Shown one piece after another: positions 17,718-27,327 of a DNA stretch of 55,804 bases. The notes beneath the pieces were generated by a model. That model ran no database searches and had not been told where the DNA came from. It saw only the letters and a program-made list of their open reading frames with translations. The DNA is from Nitrososphaeria archaeon (GTDB taxonomy: Archaea > Thermoproteota > Nitrososphaeria > Nitrososphaerales > JARVJX01): the NCBI GenBank assembly GCA_029775995.1, contig JARVJX010000001.1, forward strand, positions 1 through 55,804, given 5' to 3'. A program made the translations under genes and the position numbers. Position 1 is the first letter of the stretch; every line of letters starts with the position of its first letter.

Positions 17718-18244
17718 TTGTTAATCCAAAAGGAAACTGAATATAAAGAAAGTTCAGATATAACTCACCTTTGCATAGCAGGGGGTAGGAAAGAAGAAGG
17801 AGTATTGCTGACCCTTTTAGGTCAACTGATAGGGGTTAATAGTATAATGCACTTTGTAATCAGCGATATAAGGACCTTTAATATTGAGCTTGAAAGGGTA
17901 AAAAAAAAGAGATAGAGGATATTTTAAAGGTCGATGATAAAGAAGGATACTATAAAAAGAATAAGGATAAATTTGAAAAATTGATGTTCCCCGATCTATC
18001 ATCCTATTCAGCCATTGAAATTCCTATATTACCCTACCCAAAGGAAGAACTATCAAAAATAATTAAATTACTTAAAGCTGAAAGGCCTATAGATAGACCC
18101 TATGTTAATATAGAGGAGGATGTTCTTAAGAAGTTGAGCCTATCTGGGCTCATAAGGATAGGTTCAAAAAGGATTTTTATACTGGATAAAGGTAAAAGGT
18201 TAGGTTCAGCCTTAATACCTATACAAAAGCTACCATCGTTTTAG
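17718..18244 (+). pseudogene. Small regulator-like gene between the two leaders (possible CARF-like N-terminus plus winged-helix C-terminus, Csa3-like), split by a frameshift in an A9 run
   Basis: ORFs 17718..17915 and 17981..18244 join into one reading frame of about 175 aa if the A9 run at 17900..17908 changes by one nucleotide (..NIELERVKKK/EIEDILKVDDKEGYY..MFPDLSS..). The N-terminal DITHLCIAGGRKEEGVLLTLLGQLIG resembles CARF D-x-T-x-G-x-R motifs. The C-terminal LSKIIKLLKAE...KKLSLSGLIRIG...LDKGKRLG looks like a wHTH. A TATA-like TTTATAAATA lies about 30 nt upstream. Confidence 0.4.
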
Positions 18245-18533
18245 ATTTTTAAAGAATTAAACAAATCCTTAAATTAAACATATCCTCATATTCTATACTT
18301 AGTCTAATAGTTAAAAGATAATCTAGACCTCTTCCTCTTTTGACCCATATATAAGCTGCTTCTTTTATCCTGTCTTAAAACTATGAGTCAGCTTTCTCTT
18401 AGGCTTAGGAAAGCTTAAAGAAAATAAATAGCACAAACAAAGTAGCTAGGAGAAACTTTCCGATAGGCCTGAAAAGCCATTACAAGAGCCTCTTTTCTCA
18501 ACAGTATCTTCTTAGAATTACTAAATTTTTAGT

Positions 18534-18644
18534 AATCTAGAACATATTTATATACCCCTTAACAAATAATAGATGTTCTAGAAGCCCCTGCCAAAAAGGG
18601 CAGAAATTGGGCTCATTTTAAGAAAAAAAGCCAAAAAAGGCTGG
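18534..18644 (+). promoter_or_regulatory. Leader of array B, containing a TATA-like box
   Basis: It is an inverted near-copy of 17554..17663 and lies immediately upstream of the first repeat of array B. Confidence 0.75.
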
Positions 18645-21600
18645 GATGCATTGGAGAAAATCTAGAATAGAGAATTGAGAGTTTTTTGATGAGAAATCTA
18701 TAGGGGGATAAACATTTGTTCTGATGCATTGGAGAAAATCTAGAATAGAGAATTGAGAGGAAAGAACCAATCCTTTATCTCATCGTAAGTTGCTCTCCTC
18801 TGATGCATTGGAGAAAATCTAGAATAGAGAATTGAGAGAATTGAAGTATAAAGCATGACAGCAGGGACACCTACCCATTACCATCAGATGCATTGGAGAA
18901 AATCTAGAATAGAGAATTGAGAGATGAATCCATCCTTAACTTCCATAGCGAATAAGAAGTTTGGCTGGATGCATTGGAGAAAATCTAGAATAGAGAATTG
19001 AGAGTCCTAGATACTATCAAATCTTCAGTATTCTTTATTACATAATGATGCATTGGAGAAAATCTAGAATAGAGAATTGAGAGAAAGAAAAAGAAAAAAG
19101 AGGGGGGAAGCTCAATCCTTTGGTAGATGCATTGGAGAAAATCTAGAATAGAGAATTGAGAGTAAATATCAAAGAACAAAAATAAGGAGATGAGCTGGTT
19201 AAATCCCTTGATGCATTGGAGAAAATCTAGAATAGAGAATTGAGAGTTATATGTTCACCTCCAGAATCACCTTTCTCTCTTTTATGATGCATTGGAGAAA
19301 ATCTAGAATAGAGAATTGAGAGAGTACTGATTCACGGGGCATAGCTAACTGGTCAAATTCGTCAAGATGCATTGGAGAAAATCTAGAATAGAGAATTGAG
19401 AGTATAGGTGAAGAGATAGCTAATCGCTTCTCTGATAGGTTAGCTAAGATGCATTGGAGAAAATCTAGAATAGAGAATTGAGAGATATGACACCTATCAA
19501 AGATGAGATAATCGCAATTTCCCCTAAGATGCATTGGAGAAAATCTAGAATAGAGAATTGAGAGGAGCATCGCTCGCTGGAAGCAGATGGCTCACAAACT
19601 CTTAGGATGCATTGGAGAAAATCTAGAATAGAGAATTGAGAGTATAACTCTTGATGCTGTACCATCCCCATTGATAACTATAGATGCATTGGAGAAAATC
19701 TAGAATAGAGAATTGAGAGGCAACCTCTACAGGTGGAGGTACCCATGCCTGTAGAGTGCCAAAGATGCATTGGAGAAAATCTAGAATAGAGAATTGAGAG
19801 CCACCGTAGGGTCTCTTATTTCCAGAGAATTTAGCCCTTGTGAGGATGCATTGGAGAAAATCTAGAATAGAGAATTGAGAGGGCTCAGTGTCTGGAACTG
19901 AGCCAGCTCTTTCACTCAATTCAGATGCATTGGAGAAAATCTAGAATAGAGAATTGAGAGTATGAAAGAGAAGATGACCTCTAATCATGTTCTCTAATTG
20001 CTGATGCATTGGAGAAAATCTAGAATAGAGAATTGAGAGTAAAAAAGGAAATGTTGGGCTATGAGAATATAAAATTGGTTTGATGCATTGGAGAAAATCT
20101 AGAATAGAGAATTGAGAGTTGGAATATACAATCCGTTGCTTACTCCTATAAGCCCCCTCTTCGATGCATTGGAGAAAATCTAGAATAGAGAATTGAGAGG
20201 GGGGACTAGGTTTAAGCCAGTTTTTGACTACCTAAAAGACAAGATGCATTGGAGAAAATCTAGAATAGAGAATTGAGAGTTTGTATTGTTTTCATTAATT
20301 TTAGTCGTAAGCTAATTTCACGATGCATTGGAGAAAATCTAGAATAGAGAATTGAGAGTTTTCTTTTCTTTCCTTTTCCTTTTCCTTTTATTTTATTTTG
20401 ATGCATTGGAGAAAATCTAGAATAGAGAATTGAGAGGCTGAGTTTTCTACAGCTGGCTGGTAAGACAGCTGTAGTTTTCGATGCATTGGAGAAAATCTAG
20501 AATAGAGAATTGAGAGGTAATAAATAATGTAGTAGACCCTCGGCTTTTTCTTGGAGAAGATGCATTGGAGAAAATCTAGAATAGAGAATTGAGAGATGAA
20601 CATACCCGAAGGGGATTTCTTATCTTATTGAATTATTGATGCATTGGAGAAAATCTAGAATAGAGAATTGAGAGTACTAAATCAATTCGCCTTATCATTC
20701 TATTACTTTTTATAACTGTGATGCATTGGAGAAAATCTAGAATAGAGAATTGAGAGTTTTTGGTAAGCACATAGAAAAAATCAAAGTCGACTTTAAGTCG
20801 ATGCATTGGAGAAAATCTAGAATAGAGAATTGAGAGAGTCTAATTCAAAGTAAATATACATCCAATCAAATTTTTTTAGATGCATTGGAGAAAATCTAGA
20901 ATAGAGAATTGAGAGTTTTTTTGTATTTTTTCACTAATGAACTTCACGAGTTCTGATGCATTGGAGAAAATCTAGAATAGAGAATTGAGAGCTAAGGCAT
21001 CAGCCAGATCTTTCCATGTAGTCCTTGTGTATTTGATGCATTGGAGAAAATCTAGAATAGAGAATTGAGAGCTTAATCTACCAGATAGATAGTATTCTCC
21101 ATTTTGGAATTCGGATGCATTGGAGAAAATCTAGAATAGAGAATTGAGAGTTACCCGATACAGCCGACCTTGGGCCCCTGGTACCTTTTCCGAGGGATGC
21201 ATTGGAGAAAATCTAGAATAGAGAATTGAGAGTTCACCCATTAATAGATAAATCATTAAAGCCAAAAATAATAGAGAAGATGCATTGGAGAAAATCTAGA
21301 ATAGAGAATTGAGAGTTCATAGTAGTATATTCTTGGTAAGTAGTGTATCCTTGAATCTGATGCATTGGAGAAAATCTAGAATAGAGAATTGAGAGTTCCG
21401 CTATAAACCTTTGAGGTACACCTAATGTTGTTGGTTGGGATGCATTGGAGAAAATCTAGAATAGAGAATTGAGAGTAACAATTAAGACCTTGAAACCTCT
21501 TCATCTAATCACCTGCAAAAAAGATGCATTGGAGAAAATCTAGAATAGAGAATTGAGAGAGGAGTTGCTTGATTGTCATAAGCTCTGTAGGAATTTATCT

Positions 21601-23171
21601 GAATATCAGATGCATTGGAGAAAATCTAGAATAGAGAATTGAGAGAAGAAAATAAAAAGACGAGGCATAAATGGTAATCTTTTCAATGCGATGCATTGGA
21701 GAAAATCTAGAATAGAGAATTGAGAGCTTCCTCTAGGAATTTTTTGATCATTTCTGCTCACTACCTATGATGCATTGGAGAAAATCTAGAATAGAGAATT
21801 GAGAGTGTTCTTTGTTTAGGGCTACTATTCCTCTTCTTATGATTTCGGCTAGATGCATTGGAGAAAATCTAGAATAGAGAATTGAGAGACAACAGGAGTA
21901 ATAACAATGAAAGGTAAAATAAGGTCATATGATGCATTGGAGAAAATCTAGAATAGAGAATTGAGAGAAGTAATAAGAAAGGAAGATGGAAAAATTGATT
22001 TTAAAGAAATGATGCATTGGAGAAAATCTAGAATAGAGAATTGAGAGAACAAAGAACAAGAATTAAAGCTTTATGAAGAATCTTTACAGATGCATTGGAG
22101 AAAATCTAGAATAGAGAATTGAGAGAAAGCAAAGAAATGGATTCAAAGGGCTATAAAGAAAAGAGGGGCTTGATGCATTGGAGAAAATCTAGAATAGAGA
22201 ATTGAGAGGGACTTTATCTGAAGCAGAGCTGGAGATGGGATGATGACCCACACTGCTTTGATGCATTGGAGAAAATCTAGAATAGAGAATTGAGAGAAAA
22301 AAGAAAAGGGGGGGTTTATGTATATTTACTATATGATGCATTGGAGAAAATCTAGAATAGAGAATTGAGAGTGCTCCTGTTCATCTCTCAATAAACAATC
22401 AACCTTTTTATCTTTCAGATGCATTGGAGAAAATCTAGAATAGAGAATTGAGAGATGCAAAAGGTCTAACCTTTCCCTTTAGGAATTCTGGAAAAGATGC
22501 ATTGGAGAAAATCTAGAATAGAGAATTGAGAGCCTTCTCCTTCTCCTTCAATACCTCTTTTACTGCTTCTATAAGATGCATTGGAGAAAATCTAGAATAG
22601 AGAATTGAGAGTTTCCTCTCTTTCCTCTCCCCTCCCCTGCTCATTAGCCTTTGATGCATTGGAGAAAATCTAGAATAGAGAATTGAGAGTCAAATAGTCG
22701 GTGAACTCTCCTAGTTATGGTAACTAGGTGGATGCATTGGAGAAAATCTAGAATAGAGAATTGAGAGAATGTGAAGTATGAATTTATGATTATTATTGTT
22801 GAGAATAGTATAATGATGCATTGGAGAAAATCTAGAATAGAGAATTGAGAGTTCACTATTTGTTTTAAATTGTATTTAGCATTATGGTGGTCTGATGCAT
22901 TGGAGAAAATCTAGAATAGAGAATTGAGAGAACTTTGAAAGTGCCTCCAGCACTTGGGGGTTAATACGCTTCTGATGCATTGGAGAAAATCTAGAATAGA
23001 GAATTGAGAGTTTTCGTCATAATTACACTTATAGCACTTCTGCCAATAGTTGAGATGCATTGGAGAAAATCTAGAATAGAGAATTGAGAGTCTCCATACC
23101 AGCTAACTCACTTTGAACCTCTCTCACCTTTTTTGATGCATTGGAAAAAATCTAGAATAGAGAATTGAGAG
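18645..23171 (+). CRISPR. CRISPR array B: 57 repeats of 37 nt and 56 spacers (about 37-51 nt), transcribed rightward
   Basis: The repeat is GATGCATTGGAGAAAATCTAGAATAGAGAATTGAGAG. It differs from the array A repeat only at position 35 (G instead of A, inside the 8-nt handle). The last repeat (23135..23171) carries a G-to-A change at 23146. I counted the repeats by hand. Confidence 0.95.
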
Positions 23172-23215
23172 TTAGGAGAGGATTAAAGGATTTAGAGAGA
23201 ATAGAATTGAAAAAA

Positions 23216-24298
23216 TTAAGGTATTATAGCCACTCTTCTCGCCTTTCTACTATCAGCTACTTTAAAGGCCTCATCTATCTTACTGAGTTCAAATTTGTGC
23301 GATACCATATCCTTAAAGGGATATCTATCCCTATATCTCTCTATAAACCTTAAAGCCTTCACCAAGCACCAACTCTCATAATTTAAGCTTGTTATAATTT
23401 TTTGAGAACTGTAAACCATCCTACCAAAATCCAAACTACCATAGGAATTATCCGATATGGTTCCAACTTCAATAAATCTTCCTCCCTTTCTAAGCATCCT
23501 TAAACCTAAATCAACGAGCTTTGGAGAACCCGTTAAACCTATAACAACATCTGCTCCCATATCACCAAACCTTTTCCTCACATCTCTTATCAAATCTTCT
23601 TGATCATAGCTTGATGAGTTTATGGTAACATCTGCCCCAAAGATTTCAGCACTCTTAAGTCTGTAATCTGATAAATCCAAGCATAGAACCTTTGCTCCCA
23701 AAGCCTTAGAAAAGGAGCAAGCATATAAACCTAAGGCACCAGCACCCATTACAATAACATTATCACCAAAGGATAAATTTCCTCTATATAAAGCTTGAAT
23801 TATTGTAGCTAAGGCGCAATTTGCACTTGAAACCTCTTCATCACTTATATCTTCTGGAACCTTAAGAAAAATATTTTCACCTCTTAGGTAAATATACTCA
23901 GCCATAGCACCATTTAAATAGGGATAAATATCACACCTCTGATTTACCCCTAAGGCTACTCTATTTTCACAGGCTGTATAATCACCTAAAGAGCAAGGAT
24001 AACAATGATTACAATGGTAAAAATATTTATAGATTACTTTATCTCCCTCTTTAACTTTATTACCCATCATATCACGATTTCTTTTCCCTAACTTTTCTAT
24101 TCTACCTACAGCTTCATGACCTAAAATTATAGGAGTAGGTATCTTAACTTCTCCCTTCCAAAAGTGTAGATCTGAACCACATATATTGCTCATGCTAACC
24201 TTTACCAAAAGAGAATTATTTTCAATAGCTGGAATATCAAAATCTTTAATCTCAAAGGGATAATTGGCCTTTAAAAATACTGCTCCTTTAACCATCAA
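23216..24298 (-). CDS. Zn-dependent alcohol dehydrogenase (MDR family)
   Basis: Contains GHEAVGRIEKLG, the structural-Zn Cys cluster CNHCYPCSLGDYTAC, and the Rossmann motif VMGAGALG. Confidence 0.85.
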   Translation of the reverse strand: MMVKGAVFLKANYPFEIKDFDIPAIENNSLLVKVSMSNICGSDLHFWKGEVKIPTPIILGHEAVGRIEKLGKRNRDMMGNKVKEGDKVIYKYFYHCNHCYPCSLGDYTACENRVALGVNQRCDIYPYLNGAMAEYIYLRGENIFLKVPEDISDEEVSSANCALATIIQALYRGNLSFGDNVIVMGAGALGLYACSFSKALGAKVLCLDLSDYRLKSAEIFGADVTINSSSYDQEDLIRDVRKRFGDMGADVVIGLTGSPKLVDLGLRMLRKGGRFIEVGTISDNSYGSLDFGRMVYSSQKIITSLNYESWCLVKALRFIERYRDRYPFKDMVSHKFELSKIDEAFKVADSRKARRVAIIP

Positions 24299-24595
24299 AA
24301 AATTTTAGAAAGGGTTATTTATATCTCCTCCTGTTAAGAAGTATAAAATTGTTAAAAGAAGGTTTCATAAGTAATAATTGCAAAAAAGTTTACAACACTT
24401 TGTTTAGAATAAGGTTTTGATTTTTATCAACACAATTACTCACTTAAAGTTTTCTTTTACCCTTTCAAATTACCTTCTTCTTTCAGTTTAAATCTAATAA
24501 TAGGAAAGGGTAAGTTTTATAATTTTTGGAAAATAGAAAAATAATATTGACCAAAATCCCTTATAAGTATCCCTTCTATAAGGCTTGTGATGTGA

Positions 24596-26584
24596 TTGAG
24601 CAAGGTAAAGGTTGAGGATAAGAAGCTTCAAAAGAGATTATCAACTTACCTAAAGGAAATAATTTTAGAGAACTTTATGAGCCACGAATATTCAAGGATA
24701 CCTTTAAGTAAAGGATTAAATATAATATGTGGCCCCAACGGTTCAGGGAAATCTTCCATTTTATTGGGAATATCAGTTTGCTTAGGTCAAAGTTACACTG
24801 AGCGTTCAAGAAAGCTAACGGATTTGATAAGAAGAGGAAAAGATATAGCAAGGGTTAGCCTAATCTTTGATAATAAACCAATAAATGGTAATAGGCCTTT
24901 AAAATTTACAAATTCCGATAGCTTTATGATATCTCGCTACATTAGATCTGATGGTAGCTACTGGTTTGAGGCTGATTATAAAGAGATAAGCAAGGCTGAA
25001 CTATCAGAGCTTTTAAATCAGATGGGCATAAACCCTGAAAATATGCTCATAATTATGCATCAGGGAATGATAGAAGAATTTGCTTTAACTTCTCCTCAAG
25101 ATAAACTTAAAATGTTGGAAGAGGCTGTAGGGTTTAAAGAGTATAGGGAAAAGATAATAGAAGCTAGGGAAAGGTTAAAGGGATTAATCGATGAAGAGGT
25201 AAAGCTGGGAGAATTCATAAATAAAGCTGGTGAAACCCTTGAGTATTGGAAGGAAATCTATAACAAATTTCTCTTAAGAAAAGGGCTCCTTGAGAGGAAA
25301 ATTTACCTTGAAAGGGAGTTAGCCTGGGCAAAGGTCATAAAGCAAGAGAATGGCCTAAAGATTCTTAAGGAGCGAGTTGAAAAAGGGGAGAAAAGGCTAA
25401 ACCATTTACAGAATAGAATTGATAGACTTAAGCTCTCCTTTGATGAAATAAGCAAAAGATTAAATTCTGATAGAATGGAGCTAAACAAATTGTTCTTCTC
25501 TTTGGCTAAAGTTGAAGGGGAGAAAGGAAACTTAAGGGGAAGGTTAAAGAGCCTAGAAGAGTTCCTTAACCTTTTAAATGTTTTAGCCGAGAATATAAAT
25601 AAAATTTCTGAAAAGCTAACTCAAAGGGGATCTTTGGATTTAAAGACCTATAAGAGCTATTACGAGAGGGATTATGAAGAGATAAAGGTAAAGCTTTCCA
25701 GTCTTGAGAAAGAAATAAATTCTATACAGTCTGATCTCGAAAAGATGAGTGAAAAGCTTACATTTACTCTAGAGAAATACTCTAACTTAAAGGCTGAGTT
25801 GGAGCTTAAGAAATATCAGTTTGAGTTTTTGAAAAGGGAAATTTCAAGGGTTAAAGAAGTTAAGGAGAGAGAGGAGACGATCCTTAAAGAATTGACTAGT
25901 AATGCAGAGGATTTAGGTGAGAGGATAGAAACATCCAGAAACTTAAATGAGATACAGGAAGAAATTAAAGTTTTAGAGGTTCAGATTAAAGCCCTAGGTG
26001 ATATACCTGAGCAGGCTGATAAAATATATACTGATTATAGCACCACTTACGAAGAGCTTAAAGAAAGGCTTAGAATAGTCCTAGATAATAAAAATAAAGC
26101 CCTGAAGGAAGTGGAGGATAGAAAGGAGGTATGGAAGAAGGTTATAGAAGAACTTTTGGAGAAAGTAGAGCTTGAATACAAAGAATTTTTGAGCTCTCTT
26201 AATGCTGATGGCTCCATAAAATTTGTTAATTCCGATGATATAGACAAAGCTGGTTTAGAGCTTTATGTAGGATTCAAAGATTCCCCTCCCACCCTATTAA
26301 ATGGTTTAACCCACAGTGGAGGGGAGAGAAGTGTAGTTATAAGCACTTTCTTATTAGCCCTTCAAAAATCCATATTAAGCCCCATAAGAGCCATAGATGA
26401 ATTTGATATTCACATGGACCCTTTAAATAGAGAGGCTATGATGAGAATGTTCTTCAAAGGATTAAAGGGCCTAGATTGCCAATATTTAGTTATAACCCCG
26501 AGTCAGATAAGCTTTTTAGAGGAAGAGGCCCAAATTTTGATGGTCCAGATGAGCCCTGAAGGAACAAAGGTAAGTGCCCTATGA
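24596..26584 (+). CDS. Short SMC-family ATPase (662 aa) with abbreviated coiled coil and no recognisable hinge or zinc hook
   Basis: Walker A is GPNGSGKSS. The SMC-like Q-loop region is IIMHQGMIEEFALTSPQDKLKMLEEAVGFKEYREK. About 390 aa of heptad-rich K/E/L sequence follow. The signature and Walker B/D-loop region is HSGGERSVVISTFLLALQ...IRAIDEFDIHMD. The gene starts with TTG. Confidence 0.85.
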   Translation: MSKVKVEDKKLQKRLSTYLKEIILENFMSHEYSRIPLSKGLNIICGPNGSGKSSILLGISVCLGQSYTERSRKLTDLIRRGKDIARVSLIFDNKPINGNRPLKFTNSDSFMISRYIRSDGSYWFEADYKEISKAELSELLNQMGINPENMLIIMHQGMIEEFALTSPQDKLKMLEEAVGFKEYREKIIEARERLKGLIDEEVKLGEFINKAGETLEYWKEIYNKFLLRKGLLERKIYLERELAWAKVIKQENGLKILKERVEKGEKRLNHLQNRIDRLKLSFDEISKRLNSDRMELNKLFFSLAKVEGEKGNLRGRLKSLEEFLNLLNVLAENINKISEKLTQRGSLDLKTYKSYYERDYEEIKVKLSSLEKEINSIQSDLEKMSEKLTFTLEKYSNLKAELELKKYQFEFLKREISRVKEVKEREETILKELTSNAEDLGERIETSRNLNEIQEEIKVLEVQIKALGDIPEQADKIYTDYSTTYEELKERLRIVLDNKNKALKEVEDRKEVWKKVIEELLEKVELEYKEFLSSLNADGSIKFVNSDDIDKAGLELYVGFKDSPPTLLNGLTHSGGERSVVISTFLLALQKSILSPIRAIDEFDIHMDPLNREAMMRMFFKGLKGLDCQYLVITPSQISFLEEEAQILMVQMSPEGTKVSAL

Positions 26585-27327
26585 AAAAGGTTTCAGAGGA
26601 TATATTAAGGTTGATTGAACTCTGTAAGGAAGTTGAAGAAAGGGCTTTAGATCCCTTTAATGTAAATGTAAAACTATCCCTTGACCGATTAAAGGATTAT
26701 TTAATGAAGTGTAAAAGCCTAGATGATTTGTTATTAGATGCTGAGGCCTTAAATCAGCTTTCAAATCTAATAAAACTTCAGGAAGAGTGGCTTAAGCATA
26801 GAGCTTCCTCCCTTTACACCGATCCTTTAGCCTTAAAGTTAAGTATAAAGTTTTTAAGCCTTGAAGATCTTTCGGATTCTATTAGAAAAAGTTGGCATCC
26901 TATAGTTAGCGTTAGCAACCTTTTCAGAGAAGGGATAGAGAGGGCTATAGACTATTGGAATAACTTAACCAAGAGAGAGTATCATCTAGAGCAGAGGAGA
27001 GCAGAAGGTATTAAATTAGATGTAAAGGACCTTATAAATTTTGGATTCTTATCAGAAGAGGAGTTTGAGGATAAGTTAAAAAACTTAGCCCAAGAGCTAG
27101 AGAAAGAACTTAATGCTAAGGATAAGTTAGATTATCACTCTTTTATAGAGGCTAAAGATCCTGATAAAAAATTTCTTAGAGCCTATCTTACCAGCTTCTT
27201 AATTACCAGGGGCTTTGCAAGCTTAAAGTACGATCCTATGGATGAAAGGTATTACATCACTAAAGCTTCTGAAAGAAAGTATACAAAGACTGTAGTTGTA
27301 CCCCTAAAGAGGATTTTATATGAGTGA
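26581..27327 (+). CDS. Kleisin-like protein (ScpA-like)
   Basis: Its ATG overlaps the SMC stop (ATGA). It is 248 aa with a helical N-terminal part and a C-terminal FLRAYLTSFLITRGFASLKYDPMDERYYITKA, resembling the ScpA C-terminal winged helix (FLAlLEL..g.v...Q...fgeI.i). Assigned by pattern only. Confidence 0.5.
   Translation: MKKVSEDILRLIELCKEVEERALDPFNVNVKLSLDRLKDYLMKCKSLDDLLLDAEALNQLSNLIKLQEEWLKHRASSLYTDPLALKLSIKFLSLEDLSDSIRKSWHPIVSVSNLFREGIERAIDYWNNLTKREYHLEQRRAEGIKLDVKDLINFGFLSEEEFEDKLKNLAQELEKELNAKDKLDYHSFIEAKDPDKKFLRAYLTSFLITRGFASLKYDPMDERYYITKASERKYTKTVVVPLKRILYE

Noticed and set aside
17718-17915. The inter-array gene could be called a bona fide Csa3.
   Set aside because: The resemblance is limited to a short CARF-like loop and a generic wHTH pattern. 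The protein is shorter than Csa3 and is frameshifted. It is reported only as 'regulator-like, possibly CARF/wHTH'.
20348-20399. The poly-purine/pyrimidine spacer TTTTCTTTTCTTTCCTTTTCC.. partially matches 5361..5385 (GGAAAAGGAAAG, 12 nt), which could indicate a self-targeting spacer.
   Set aside because: The match is short and low-complexity, in an AT/purine-rich intergenic tract, and is expected by chance.
22613-22652. The spacer with CTCCCCTCCCCTG resembles the reverse complement of the G-rich tnpB 3' end (7521..7551).
   Set aside because: Only about 10 nt of homopolymer-like C/T sequence is shared, which is not significant.
16892-22856. Many track ORFs lie inside the arrays (for example 16892..17119, 17428..17619, 18985..19179, 19247..19570, 19465..19671, 19623..19919, 20388..20603, 22644..22856). 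Their products repeat QFSILDFLQCI or SILYSRFSPMH.
   Set aside because: The repeated peptides are translations of the 37-nt CRISPR repeat in different frames. The ORFs exist only because the repeat lacks stops in those frames.
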